From: Minisyncoccota bacterium
GTDB lineage: Bacteria; Patescibacteriota; Minisyncoccia; Phycocordibacterales; Phycocordibacteraceae
Direction: 5' to 3'
Assembly: GCA_035548315.1 (NCBI GenBank)
Contig: DASZTF010000010.1
Span: 1,721 to 65,720, forward strand
Length of the DNA: 64,000 nt
The notes under the pieces were generated by a model, which was not told where the DNA came from, made no database searches, and worked only from the letters and a program-made list of their open reading frames with translations. The position numbers were made by a program, and so were the translations under genes. Of this stretch, positions 17,149 through 27,073 are shown piece after piece (positions within the stretch are counted from its first letter, which is position 1; each line of letters starts with the position of its first letter).

Positions 17149-18402
17149 ATGAAATCATTCCTGCAGTCATTCCTCCCTCGCGGAGCCTATCGCGCGCTCA
17201 CGCGCCCCTACCATTTTCTGTGGGCATTCTTTTCTGCGCTGCGGTACGGCATGCCAGCGCGCAAACTCACCGTAATCGGCGTCACCGGCACCAAGGGCAA
17301 GTCGTCGGTGTCGGAAATGCTGTTCGCCATACTCACCGCGGCGGGACACAAAACGGCAACCGCCGGCACCATCCGCTTTGCGATCGGCGCCGAGTCAGAA
17401 CCGAACAAATTTAAAATGACCGTGCCCGGCCACGGATTCTTGCAGAAATTCCTGCGGCGCGCCGTCAACGAGGGCGCGACCCACGCCGTGCTCGAGCTCA
17501 CGAGCGAAGCCGCGCTCCAGTACCGCCACCTGTTCCTCGACCTCGATGCGCTCGTGTTCACCAACCTCCAGCCCGAGCATCTCGAATCCCACGGAAGCAT
17601 GGAGAAGTATTTCCGTGCGAAGTTCTCGATCGGGGAATCGCTCGCGCGGTCGCCCAAGCGCCCGCGCGCCATCGTGGCAAATGCCGACGACGAATACGGC
17701 CGCCGATTCCTCGCGCTTCCCGTGGAGAAGCAGATTCCCTTCTCCTACACCGACGCTACCAACGGCATCATCAAGGACGGCAGCGTATCATTCATGTATA
17801 AAAATACGCGCTTTGATGTGCCCCACCCGGGTGCGATGAGTGTGATGAACGCGCTCGCTGCGGTGAAAGTTGCTGAGTTCCTCGGGGTCTCGCCCGAAGT
17901 GGCAGCACGTGCGCTCGCGAAGCTCGAGAAAATCCCGGGCCGCGCCGAGCGCATCGACCTCGGCCAGAACTTCCTCGCGATCGTCGACTACGCGCACACG
18001 CCCGATTCACTCAAGGCTCTCTACGCCGCGTACCCGCAGCACTACCGCAAGATCTGCGTACTCGGGAATACGGGCGGCGGTCGCGATACCTGGAAACGCC
18101 CACTCATGGGCAAGATCGCGGAGGAGTCGTGCGAAGAAGTAATTCTCACCAATGAAGACCCGTACGACGAGGATCCCGATGCAATCGTGAATGAAATGGC
18201 GGCGGGCATGGAAAAGAAGCCGCACATCGTGATGGACCGCCGCGAAGCAATTCGAAAGGCACTCTCGCTCGCCAAGGACGGTGACGTGGTGCTCGTGACG
18301 GGCAAGGGTACGGACCCCTTCATCATGGGCCCACGCGGGACCAAAGAGCCCTGGAGTGATGCACAGGTAGTCGAAGAAGAACTCGCGCAGCTGCTATCAT
18401 AA
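17149..18402 (+). CDS. Mur ligase family protein (MurE/MurT-like)
   Basis: 417 aa; P-loop VIGVTGTKGKSS, Mur-ligase middle-domain pattern FTNLQPEHLESHGSMEKYFRAK. Confidence 0.65.
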   Translation: MKSFLQSFLPRGAYRALTRPYHFLWAFFSALRYGMPARKLTVIGVTGTKGKSSVSEMLFAILTAAGHKTATAGTIRFAIGAESEPNKFKMTVPGHGFLQKFLRRAVNEGATHAVLELTSEAALQYRHLFLDLDALVFTNLQPEHLESHGSMEKYFRAKFSIGESLARSPKRPRAIVANADDEYGRRFLALPVEKQIPFSYTDATNGIIKDGSVSFMYKNTRFDVPHPGAMSVMNALAAVKVAEFLGVSPEVAARALAKLEKIPGRAERIDLGQNFLAIVDYAHTPDSLKALYAAYPQHYRKICVLGNTGGGRDTWKRPLMGKIAEESCEEVILTNEDPYDEDPDAIVNEMAAGMEKKPHIVMDRREAIRKALSLAKDGDVVLVTGKGTDPFIMGPRGTKEPWSDAQVVEEELAQLLS

Positions 18403-18408
18403 GGGCAC

Positions 18409-19359
18409 ATGCGCGGAGACGCCCTGCTTTTCATCGGCATCCTCGTCTTTCTCTTTATCGTGTGGGTCGCCATGGGCGGCACCGCGCACCCACTTTCCTT
18501 TAGCGGTATCGTCCCGCCATCAGCGACCGGCGTGGGTACCACGAGCAGCTTCAAGCTCGGCGCAAGCTGGGGCGTTTCATCATCGGGTCACAGCAGCAAT
18601 GCGAACGAGCTCGCGAAAGCGCAGCAAGGAGTCGTCGACCTTCAGGAGAACTATGTATCGAGCCAGCGGTTCGGCACGCCGTCGGTGTACAAAGGACTCG
18701 TCGCCATCCGGCACAGTGTGAGCCCATTTCTTTCCGAAGATCCCGACAAGGAATACCTCACCGTCACGGTCTCGAGCCGCGCACCCGAAGCCGGCGTCGA
18801 TATAAGCGGCTGGAGCGTGCTCGGCGAGGCAGAAGGTCGGTCGTTCACTATCCCGAACGGCGTGAACCTCCCCCATCTGGGGAATGTGAATCCCGCTGAG
18901 CCAGTGGTGCTCGCCCCAGGACAATCGGCCGTGATCACTATTGGCGATTCCCCGATCGGTATGTCATTCCGAGAAAATATGTGCAGCGGCTACTTCGACC
19001 AGTTCCAGGAATTCTCGCCACCGCTTCAGCACGCCTGCCCCGCACCCATGACCGACTTCAACCGCTCGTATCTCGGCGACCCCAAGAAATTAGACGCCTG
19101 CCGCGCGTATATCGAGGACGTGCGCGCCTGCACCGTGCCACTCGATGTGCCCGACGGACTCGGGAGTGATTGCAATCAGTTCATAGATCAATACCTGAAC
19201 TACAACGGCTGCGTAGACGCGCACTTGGGCGACCGCGGGTTCTTCGGCACTACCTGGCGCATCTATGTGGGGCGCAATAACGACTTCTTCACTAAAGACC
19301 ACGACACGGTAAAGCTGCTTGATAACGCAGGCAACACCGTCGACCTGCTGTCGTACTGA
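18409..19359 (+). CDS. hypothetical membrane-anchored or secreted protein, Cys-rich C-terminal half
   Basis: 316 aa; N-terminal TM helix; several Cys in C-terminal half. Confidence 0.4.
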   Translation: MRGDALLFIGILVFLFIVWVAMGGTAHPLSFSGIVPPSATGVGTTSSFKLGASWGVSSSGHSSNANELAKAQQGVVDLQENYVSSQRFGTPSVYKGLVAIRHSVSPFLSEDPDKEYLTVTVSSRAPEAGVDISGWSVLGEAEGRSFTIPNGVNLPHLGNVNPAEPVVLAPGQSAVITIGDSPIGMSFRENMCSGYFDQFQEFSPPLQHACPAPMTDFNRSYLGDPKKLDACRAYIEDVRACTVPLDVPDGLGSDCNQFIDQYLNYNGCVDAHLGDRGFFGTTWRIYVGRNNDFFTKDHDTVKLLDNAGNTVDLLSY

Positions 19360-19407
19360 CCTGTGCATTAGAAAAAGCATGGAGAAAGTGGTACAAATCA
19401 CACTATT

Positions 19408-19480
19408 GCGCCCGTAGCTCAGTCGGTAGAGCAGCTCCCTTTTAAGGAGACGGTCGGAGGTTCGAGCCCTCCCGGGCGCA
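19408..19480 (+). tRNA. tRNA-Lys (anticodon TTT)
   Basis: acceptor GCGCCCG/CGGGCGC, anticodon loop CTTTTAA, T-loop TTCGAGC. Confidence 0.85.
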
Positions 19481-19498
19481 CAGCGATATACTTCTCCT

Positions 19499-19972
19499 AT
19501 GGACCACGAGCACTACATGCGCATGGCGGTAGACGCAGCGCGACAAGCAGAAAAGGACGGTGCAGTAGCAATTGCTGCAATACTGGTAAAAGATGGCAAG
19601 GTTATTTCAAGCGGCGAAAGTACCACATGGATACAGAAAGATCCGTCAGGGCACGGCGAAATCAACTGCATACGTGCAGCGTGTAAGGAGCTGGATACAA
19701 CCGACCTGACCGGATGCGTTATGTACGGCACGCTTGAGCCTTGCGGCATGTGTTTGAGCTGCGCCGCGTGGGCGAACCTTGGCGCACTCTACTTTGGCGC
19801 GTACCGAAAAGATGTCGCAGGGAACGAATATGAAATTAAGGGCTGGAACTCCGAAGAAGCTGCAAAGAACATGCGACTCACCAACGGGGGTTCGATTCAA
19901 GTGACTGGCGGGATTCTGCGCGACGAGTGCGCGGCCTTGTTGAAAGAGTATAAAAACTGGACCAAACAATAA
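19499..19972 (+). CDS. CMP/dCMP-type nucleoside deaminase, TadA-like (tRNA adenosine deaminase) or guanine deaminase
   Basis: 157 aa; zinc-binding motifs HGE and TLEPCGMC; C-terminal GILRDECAALL closely resembles the TadA C-terminus. Confidence 0.65.
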   Translation: MDHEHYMRMAVDAARQAEKDGAVAIAAILVKDGKVISSGESTTWIQKDPSGHGEINCIRAACKELDTTDLTGCVMYGTLEPCGMCLSCAAWANLGALYFGAYRKDVAGNEYEIKGWNSEEAAKNMRLTNGGSIQVTGGILRDECAALLKEYKNWTKQ

Positions 19973-19975
19973 GCT

Positions 19976-20413
19976 ATGCCTAAAGAAATTTTTGAATTCC
20001 TGAACAGCAAACGCACCGGCGTTATCGCAATCCAGATGCTCGATGGAACACCGCACGCAGCGACAGTGCATTTCGCCAACACTACCCAGCCGGCTTTTAT
20101 CATTCTCACCAGTCCGACATACCGTAAGCTAGAGCCGCTTAATAAGAACGGTCGCGCACCGGCATCGTTGGTGATAGGTACTGAAGAAGAAATCCCGCAG
20201 AAGACACTCCAAATGGACGGTGAAGCAGTGTTGACCGACACTCCCGAAATTCGCGAAGTGTATTTCGCGAAGTTCCCCGATAAGAGTGGCAAGCACCCCG
20301 ATGATGTCTTTTTTACCTTCACCCCAACGTGGTGGCGATTTACTAAGTGGGAATCGAGCGGTAAAACAGTGATTACTTCAAACGGAAACACCGTCGTTAC
20401 CCCAAAGAGTTAA
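19976..20413 (+). CDS. pyridoxamine 5'-phosphate oxidase-like FMN-binding protein
   Basis: 145 aa; split-barrel PNPOx-like pattern (RTGVIAI...GTPHAATVHF...). Confidence 0.6.
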   Translation: MPKEIFEFLNSKRTGVIAIQMLDGTPHAATVHFANTTQPAFIILTSPTYRKLEPLNKNGRAPASLVIGTEEEIPQKTLQMDGEAVLTDTPEIREVYFAKFPDKSGKHPDDVFFTFTPTWWRFTKWESSGKTVITSNGNTVVTPKS

Positions 20414-21060
20414 AGCGACAGCGCCCACCGCTCAAGCGCGAGACCGAGGTCCAGAGATTCGGAGCGCGCGTCGGAGAGGAGCTCAATAAGATCCACAGAA
20501 AGTTTGCGAGATTCTGCCGGAGCCCATGCGCGGCTTCCTTTCTGCATCATGTCGCGCGCTTTCCAGTGGAGGAGGCCGTGGATCATTTCAGGTGCATCTC
20601 CCATACGGATCGCTTTCGCGATCTCTTCCCAGAGCGCTTCCCCATCCTTCGCAGCGAGCGCACTCACTAATTCAAAGTTAAATCCTCGCGACTCTTTCTT
20701 TTTTATAAGATCAAATTTAAATTCTTTCTCTGCTTTTGCTTCGAGCTTCTTGGTCTCGGCTGCTTTGAGTTTCGGCGCGACGATTGCAATCGGGTTTGGT
20801 GATTCCGCGAGCATCTTGAGTGCATCGAGCACCGCTTCCCCGCTGTCCTTGAGCGAGAATGGATCATCGATGAGCACTAACTGCTTGCAGAAAAAGAGTC
20901 CGCTCGCGCTCGCGGCATCCGCGAGCGCGTCCTCGGTCACGGCTTCGGGCGCAATACGCACGTACGGCGCATCGGGCTGCTTCTTGCGGGCCGCCTCTAC
21001 CCAGGCGAACGCCTTCGCACGTACCTTCCCCACATCCGAACCATGAAAGAGATACATCAT
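20410..21060 (-). CDS. holA: DNA polymerase III delta subunit-like (HolA)
   Basis: start moved to MMYLFHGSD preceded by AGGAGC; N-terminal pattern typical of short CPR-type HolA. Confidence 0.55.
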   Translation of the reverse strand: MMYLFHGSDVGKVRAKAFAWVEAARKKQPDAPYVRIAPEAVTEDALADAASASGLFFCKQLVLIDDPFSLKDSGEAVLDALKMLAESPNPIAIVAPKLKAAETKKLEAKAEKEFKFDLIKKKESRGFNFELVSALAAKDGEALWEEIAKAIRMGDAPEMIHGLLHWKARDMMQKGSRAWAPAESRKLSVDLIELLSDARSESLDLGLALERWALSL

Positions 21061-21110
21061 GCTCCTAGCATAGCAAAAGGCGCCCAGTGAAGAGGGCGCC
21101 ATTCGCGAGC

Positions 21111-21305
21111 TCAAAAGACGAGGTAGGCCACTGCTCCCCAGATCACTCCACACGTCGCAACGACGAAGGAGAATGTCAGGAGCGAGTGCCATTTCGCGGC
21201 TTCGTCCCTTTTCAGCCGCGCGGAAAGTTCGTCCGTTTTCAGTTGCGGGAAAAGTATGATTTGGGCCATTGCCGCCTCCATGTGTCTACGAGCATTATAT
21301 AGCAT
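21111..21305 (-). CDS. small hypothetical membrane protein
   Basis: 64 aa with one TM helix; may be spurious. Confidence 0.25.
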   Translation of the reverse strand: MLYNARRHMEAAMAQIILFPQLKTDELSARLKRDEAAKWHSLLTFSFVVATCGVIWGAVAYLVF

Positions 21306-21313
21306 TTGTTGCG

Positions 21314-23716
21314 TTAGTCTAGAGGCACCATCTCCCCCCAGCTCAACCCCGACTTGGCAGTAGCCAGAATTGGCACGCCTTTGGTTTGCTCAGGCATGAG
21401 CACTGTCTCCATGATTTCTTTGATCTTCTTCCATACGCTTAGATGCCCATCGGTCACTTCATACACGAGTTCGTCATGGACTTGGAGCAGCAGGTGCACG
21501 TCGTCCTGCGCACCTTCTTTCTTAAGGTATTCGTCGATGCGGACCATCGCGAGCTTGATGATGTCCGATTGCGTGCCCTGCATCGGCGCATTGATCGCCA
21601 TGCGCTCGCCCTGCGCGCGTACGTATGGCAGTGGCGATTTCATTTCTGGGAACTGGCGCCGGCGGCCAAACAGCGTCTCGGTGTACCCATGCTTGCGCGC
21701 GAACCCTTTGGTGCTCTCCAAGTATTCCGAGAGCGTCTTGAAGGTCGCAAAGTAGTCATCCAGGTACTGGTGCGCCTCTGCGATCGACGAGCCGAGTTGC
21801 TGTTTGAGCGCATTCGCACCCATACCGTAGAGGATGCCGAAGTTGATGATCTTCGCGCGGCGACGCATTTCGTGATCCACCTTTTCTGGGTCCACGCCGA
21901 GCACCATCGCTGCCACTTCTCGGTGAATGTCGCGCCCGCTCTTGAATATCGCGATCAGTTTCTCATCGCCCGAGAGAATCGCTGCGAGCCGCAGCTCGAT
22001 CTGCGAGTAATCGAGCCCCACAAGCGTCGAACCCTTGGGCGCGATGAATGCATCTCGAATAGCCCGCCCCCGCTCAGTGCGGATCGGGATATTCTGGATG
22101 CTCGGATTGGTCGTGGCCATGCGGCCCGTGACTGCGCCCGTCTGTATGAATTCGGGATGGATACGGTCGTGCGCATCGGCGAGCGCGGGCATCACGTCGA
22201 TATAGGTGGAAAGGAGCTTCCCGATCTCGCGGTACTCCATGATGTCGTCTACGATCGGATGGAGTTCGCGCAGCTTCTCGAGTTCCGACTCGCGCGTAGA
22301 GCGCTGCCCGCCCGCAGTCTTCTTCTGCCCTTTCACGACGAGCCCGAGTTTGTCGAACAGCACCTCACCGAGCTGCTTCGGTGAATTGATATTGAACTCG
22401 CCGCCCGCATGCTCATAAATGCGCGCCTGTACTGTCTCGAGTTCCGCGCGGTATTTCTTCCCCAGCTTCTCGAGCGCCTTCTTATCGATGAGGACACCAT
22501 ACTCCGTCGTCGACTGCAGCACCGGAATGAGTGGTCGTTCTATTTCTTCATACACCTCTTTCAATCTGCCCGTTGCGGCAATCTGCTTCTCGAGTTCTGC
22601 GTATGCAGCATCAAAGGTAGCGGCTTTGGTGAATGCCAGCACGTCTTCCTGCGACGGATTCGTGAAGTCGGACGCGAGCAGCCACAACATGACCTTGGCT
22701 TCGGCAAGCCGCGTCGGATCGACGTCGTCTTGCGCAGCAAGCGGTGCATCGTCACCACGTTCATCTTCTTCCTCCGGCGCTGCATTGCCACCGATCACGG
22801 CGCGCGCCCGCGCGCGGAGCGAGCGGAACCCGAGTTCATCAAACAGCGCGAGGATTTTATCGAGCCGATCGGTGACTTCCCAATCTTCCTTCGGCAGCTT
22901 GAATGCAATCGGCGCGTCGATGCGAATGGTCGCGAGCATTTTGGAGAAGAGCGCGTCTTCTTCGTGCTCCTTGAGGAGATTCACGATGCGCGGCTTGATG
23001 CCCTTGTCCGTGAGTTTCTTCTCGTCCTTCTTAACCGCTTTGTAAATAGCTTCGATACTGCCGAACTTCTGGATGAGCTCTGTGGCGGTCTTCTCACCGA
23101 TCCCCGGCACGCCCTTGATGTTGTCTGAAGGGTCACCGCGCAGACCCTTATAATCCGGCACGAGCTCCGGCGGGAATCCATAGCGTGCCTCCACGGCTTT
23201 CTCGTCGTACATGATGGTGTCATTGAGCCCTTTCTTGAGCGTGTACACCTTCACCCTACCCTTCTCCACGAGCTGGAGCGCGTCCATGTCACCGGAGGCG
23301 ATCACCACCTCAATGTTCGGCTGATCAGCGAGCTTCGCGACGATGGTGCCGATCACGTCGTCTGCTTCAAATCCTTCTTTCTCGTATACCGGGATGCAAA
23401 ATGCCTCGAGTACCCTGCGCGCTGTCGTGAGCTGCGCCACCAGCGCGTCTTCAAGCTGCGCGCGTGTGCCTTTGTAGTGTTCGTATGCTTCGTGACGCAC
23501 GGTGGGCTTCGGTAAGTCGTATGCTGCCACCACGTAGTCGGGCCGCAGGTCCTGCATGATCCGCAGGAGCATGGAAGCGAGTCCGAACAGCGCACCGGTC
23601 GGCTGGCCATCGGGCCCGGTGAATTCTGGAAGCGCATGGTACGCACGGTGGATGATCGCGTGAGAGTCGAGCACGATGAGCCGTTTCTTCCGGGTGATTT
23701 CTTTGGTCTTAGGCAT
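21314..23716 (-). CDS. polA: DNA polymerase I (5'-3' exonuclease plus polymerase domains)
   Basis: ~800 aa; FEN/5'-nuclease N-terminus (LVLDSHAIIHRAYHA), Pol A motifs (DYSQIELR, QVHDELV). Confidence 0.9.
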   Translation of the reverse strand: MPKTKEITRKKRLIVLDSHAIIHRAYHALPEFTGPDGQPTGALFGLASMLLRIMQDLRPDYVVAAYDLPKPTVRHEAYEHYKGTRAQLEDALVAQLTTARRVLEAFCIPVYEKEGFEADDVIGTIVAKLADQPNIEVVIASGDMDALQLVEKGRVKVYTLKKGLNDTIMYDEKAVEARYGFPPELVPDYKGLRGDPSDNIKGVPGIGEKTATELIQKFGSIEAIYKAVKKDEKKLTDKGIKPRIVNLLKEHEEDALFSKMLATIRIDAPIAFKLPKEDWEVTDRLDKILALFDELGFRSLRARARAVIGGNAAPEEEDERGDDAPLAAQDDVDPTRLAEAKVMLWLLASDFTNPSQEDVLAFTKAATFDAAYAELEKQIAATGRLKEVYEEIERPLIPVLQSTTEYGVLIDKKALEKLGKKYRAELETVQARIYEHAGGEFNINSPKQLGEVLFDKLGLVVKGQKKTAGGQRSTRESELEKLRELHPIVDDIMEYREIGKLLSTYIDVMPALADAHDRIHPEFIQTGAVTGRMATTNPSIQNIPIRTERGRAIRDAFIAPKGSTLVGLDYSQIELRLAAILSGDEKLIAIFKSGRDIHREVAAMVLGVDPEKVDHEMRRRAKIINFGILYGMGANALKQQLGSSIAEAHQYLDDYFATFKTLSEYLESTKGFARKHGYTETLFGRRRQFPEMKSPLPYVRAQGERMAINAPMQGTQSDIIKLAMVRIDEYLKKEGAQDDVHLLLQVHDELVYEVTDGHLSVWKKIKEIMETVLMPEQTKGVPILATAKSGLSWGEMVPLD

Positions 23717-24146
23717 AGGTGAGGTGGCGCGAACCATCGGCGTCTGGGACGAGTGCGATGCGCACATCAGCGGGCGGGAGTATCTCCTGCACCATCTCGG
23801 GCCATTCGAGCATGATCAAATTGTCCGCTTGTTTCAGCGTCTCGTCAAAATGCAGTGGGTTCAACTCTTGCCCGCTCTTCAAGCGATACGCATCTATATG
23901 AACGAGTGTTTTAAATGCTTGATCGTGGAGCGGATAATTCTTTTGTATGACAAAGGTGGGGCTCGTGAGTTCATCAGTGACTCCGAGCGCTCTCGCCACG
24001 GCTTTTGTAAATGCCGTCTTCCCTGCGCCGAGCTCTCCTGAGAGCGTGACGAGTGTGGCGCGGCCGTCAGCCGGGCGCAGTCCAGAGGCAAAGCGCGTCG
24101 CTTCAGCCGCAAGCGCTGCCACATCGGGGAGGACTTTCTCCATCAC
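23709..24146 (-). CDS. tsaE: tRNA t6A37 biosynthesis ATPase TsaE (YjeE)
   Basis: 145 aa; P-loop GELGAGKT and the TsaE-typical LTSPTFVIQKNYPL. Confidence 0.8.
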   Translation of the reverse strand: MMEKVLPDVAALAAEATRFASGLRPADGRATLVTLSGELGAGKTAFTKAVARALGVTDELTSPTFVIQKNYPLHDQAFKTLVHIDAYRLKSGQELNPLHFDETLKQADNLIMLEWPEMVQEILPPADVRIALVPDADGSRHLTYA

Positions 24147-24215
24147 CCCATTGTACTGGGTATAGAAAAACGCGCCTCACCTTTCGGCAAAGCGCGCTTA
24201 ACTCGTTTGGTACCG

Positions 24216-24782
24216 TCAGTGGTGACGGTACCGCGATCCGGGAGGTCCCCAGCCAGGTCCCACCGTCAGTCCCCGAGGAGGGGGCGAGCGGTAGTTGTGG
24301 AATTCGCGCTGACGCTCGTGGCGCCAGTACGGATCCACCGGCATGGTCGAGTCGTCGATGAGGACGACTCGGGTGTCGAGGACCGGGCGGCGACGCCAGG
24401 CGTACCCGACGATTACTCTGCCCGCTTCGCGATAGGTGCACTGCTCCCGGACGCCGGGGTAGGTGGTGCAGTGGGCCTTGTAGTTGACCTCCCACACTCT
24501 GCCCTCATCGTCCGGAGGCAGCACGCGATGCGCGGTGCCAGTCCTCACCAGGATCACCGCAGGCGCAGGCGCAGACACTTGAGGTGCCGGGGCCGACGCT
24601 ACCACGGGCGGAGCGCTGGTGCGCGACGCCGGAGTAGCTGCGGGAGGTGCGGCGGGCGCGGGGGCCTGCGACACGGGACGATCCTGGCCGACGAAGTCGC
24701 CGAGCATCAGGGGTGGCTTGGCATACGCCGCGCCAAACGAGATAGAAAGGACGATGACTGCGAGGCTACACACTGATTTCAT
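24216..24782 (-). CDS. hypothetical secreted Pro/Ala-rich protein
   Basis: 188 aa; signal peptide, then PAPAAPP repeats, then Cys-containing domain. Confidence 0.45.
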   Translation of the reverse strand: MKSVCSLAVIVLSISFGAAYAKPPLMLGDFVGQDRPVSQAPAPAAPPAATPASRTSAPPVVASAPAPQVSAPAPAVILVRTGTAHRVLPPDDEGRVWEVNYKAHCTTYPGVREQCTYREAGRVIVGYAWRRRPVLDTRVVLIDDSTMPVDPYWRHERQREFHNYRSPPPRGLTVGPGWGPPGSRYRHH

Positions 24783-24812
24783 GGCTTTCTCCTCCTAATA
24801 GCCTTACTGTAA

Positions 24813-24841
24813 ATATACACCTATTTAATATAAATGTCAAG
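24813..24841 (-). promoter_or_regulatory. sigma70-type promoter TTGACA-N17-TATATT plus AGGAGG SD for gene 24216..24782
   Basis: minus-strand consensus -35 and near-consensus -10 with 17-nt spacer, strong SD 8 nt before ATG. Confidence 0.5.
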
Positions 24842-24882
24842 TATTCCAAAATGGCGCCGCTGCGCGGTGGTATCATTTCGGT

Positions 24883-26553
24883 ATGTCGGTTCCTTTTGAT
24901 ACGAAAGCAGAGGATGAGAAACTGCACGCGCTGCATGAGGCGGAGGAAGAAGACGTCGCGCAGCTCCTCGCACAGAAGTATGGCCTCGAATATGCGAACC
25001 TCGTGGCCTCCCCTATCGACATGGACGCCCTGCGTCTCATCCCCGAGGAAAAAGCGCGCGCCGCACTCGCCGTCGCATTCCGCAAAGACGGCCCGCAGCT
25101 CGCGCTCGCGCTCGCGCAGCCCAATAACGAGCTGGTAAACGGACTCGTGGAAGAGCTCGGGAGTCGCGGACTCAAGGTGACGCAGTATTTGGTGACCAAG
25201 CGCAGCTTCGAGCACGCGCTCGAGCGGTACAAAGAGCTCTCCTATGCATCCGCGAGCCAGAAGGGTGTCTTCTCGATTTCAGAAGCAGAGCTCCAGAAGC
25301 TGGCGAGCTCGGTGACCGGGATCCCGGCACTCCAGCAGTATCTCTCAGCGACCCTCACCGATAAGCACACCGCGGAAGTCTCACGGCTTTTCGAAGGCAT
25401 TATGGGCACCGCCTTTGCCATGAAGGCGTCCGACATCCACATCGAGCCTGAAGAGACCGAAGTGCGCCTGCGCTTCCGCCTCGATGGCGTACTCACGGAT
25501 GTATTCACCTTCGATGCGCACACATACCGATTCCTCGCGTCCCGCATCAAACTGCTCTCCGGGCTTAAATTGAACGTGCACGATCGCGCGCAGGACGGAC
25601 GCTTCTCCGTGCTCGTGGGCGGTACCGAGATTGAAATCCGCACCTCGCTCATCCCGGGTAACTACGGTGAGTCATTCGTGATGCGCCTTCTTGACCCACG
25701 CTCGATCCGTATTCCGTTTGAATCGCTCGGCATCCACCCTAAATTGCTCGCACGCCTCGAGAAAGAAATCACGCGGCCTAACGGCATGCTGCTTACCACG
25801 GGCCCCACCGGTTCTGGTAAGACCACGACGCTCTACGCGTTCCTCCAGAAAATCCAGACGCCGGATATCAAAATAATTACGATCGAAGACCCGGTGGAAT
25901 ATCACCTCCAGGGCATCGTGCAGACGCAGACTAATGGCAAGGACTACACGTTCGCCTCGGGGCTCCGCTCGATCGTGCGCCAAGACCCGGACGTGATCAT
26001 GGTGGGAGAAATCCGCGATGGCGAAACGGCGGGTATCGCGATCCAAGCGGCGCTCACGGGCCACTTCGTGTTTTCCACCATCCACACGAACGACGCTGCG
26101 GGTACCTTCCCCCGCCTCGTGGACCTCGACGCGGACCCGAAGGAATTCGCATCGGCGATCACGGTGGCCATGGCACAGCGCCTCGTGCGCAAGCTCGACC
26201 CTGATGCACGTAAAGAAGTGCCGCTGGAGGGCGAGAATAAAAAGTTGGTAGAGAAAATTCTCGCATCAGTCGTAGATAAAACACTCCTTCCGGCAAAAAC
26301 CGATACGCTGTGGGTACCGGACCCCAAAGACGGCAGCAATGGATACAAAGGTCGCGTCGGTCTCTACGAAGCGATATTTATGGATGACCAGCTCGGCACG
26401 TTCCTGCGCGACAATCCGTCTGCGGCAGACATCCGCAAAGAAGTCGCGCGCCAGGGCTACCTCACGATGGCGCAGGACGGTGTGATCAAAGCGCTCCAAG
26501 GTCTCACCTCGCTTGAAGAAGTGCTCGATATCGTCGATATCCAGCGCGATTGA
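24883..26553 (+). CDS. pilB: type II secretion/type IV pilus assembly ATPase (GspE/PilB family)
   Basis: 556 aa; T2SSE N-domain, Walker A GPTGSGKTTT, Asp box and His box typical of GspE/PilB. Confidence 0.85.
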   Translation: MSVPFDTKAEDEKLHALHEAEEEDVAQLLAQKYGLEYANLVASPIDMDALRLIPEEKARAALAVAFRKDGPQLALALAQPNNELVNGLVEELGSRGLKVTQYLVTKRSFEHALERYKELSYASASQKGVFSISEAELQKLASSVTGIPALQQYLSATLTDKHTAEVSRLFEGIMGTAFAMKASDIHIEPEETEVRLRFRLDGVLTDVFTFDAHTYRFLASRIKLLSGLKLNVHDRAQDGRFSVLVGGTEIEIRTSLIPGNYGESFVMRLLDPRSIRIPFESLGIHPKLLARLEKEITRPNGMLLTTGPTGSGKTTTLYAFLQKIQTPDIKIITIEDPVEYHLQGIVQTQTNGKDYTFASGLRSIVRQDPDVIMVGEIRDGETAGIAIQAALTGHFVFSTIHTNDAAGTFPRLVDLDADPKEFASAITVAMAQRLVRKLDPDARKEVPLEGENKKLVEKILASVVDKTLLPAKTDTLWVPDPKDGSNGYKGRVGLYEAIFMDDQLGTFLRDNPSAADIRKEVARQGYLTMAQDGVIKALQGLTSLEEVLDIVDIQRD

Positions 26554-26789
26554 GTATGAAAAAGGAATGGCTACGAAGTACCATAAACGTTCTCTTGGCT
26601 ATCGGGGGAATAGTTCTTGTTGGAATATTTCTCAATAGCTGGGATGAAAGTAAGGGAGCGGAGCAAGCAAAGAACATTCAGCAATTTTGCTCTTCTTTTT
26701 TGGATAAGGACTCCTCACTTTATGATCGATGCATAGATAATGCTCAATCTTACTTCTACCCAAGCGGCTCGCCTTCTCAAGACTACTAA
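26550..26789 (+). CDS. small hypothetical membrane protein
   Basis: 79 aa, one TM helix, start overlaps pilB stop. Confidence 0.3.
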   Translation: MSMKKEWLRSTINVLLAIGGIVLVGIFLNSWDESKGAEQAKNIQQFCSSFLDKDSSLYDRCIDNAQSYFYPSGSPSQDY

Positions 26790-27073
26790 AATAGAAAAAT
26801 CCTGCGCGCTATCTTCGAGGCGATCGCATCAACATGTGATGCGTGGACAAATTGCCTGAGGATACCCCCAGCGCTCCGCACGAATGCGGTACCAGAGGGT
26901 CCTTGGGAAGAAGCCCGAAGCCGTCAAGCCTTGCCTCGAAGAGAGTGAGCAGGATTTCCTGAAGAATCCTATTTCACTTGGGTATTTTTAATCCGGGCAC
27001 CGCTTGCGCGATGTCCGGAAGGTTCTTTCGAGCCGCTTGCTCGTGTGATAGAATACTAGCATACCCTGTTTTT

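Noticed and set aside
21443-23128. Plus-strand ORFs 21443..22384, 22409..23128 and 22419..23045
   Set aside because: All are antisense to polA, which has unambiguous Pol I motifs.
27027-27060. Possible promoter or SOS box upstream of ruvB (ttcgagccgcttgctcgtgtgatagaat)
   Set aside because: The TGTGATAGAAT extended -10 looks plausible, but no -35 element at proper spacing and no recognisable LexA-type palindrome were seen.
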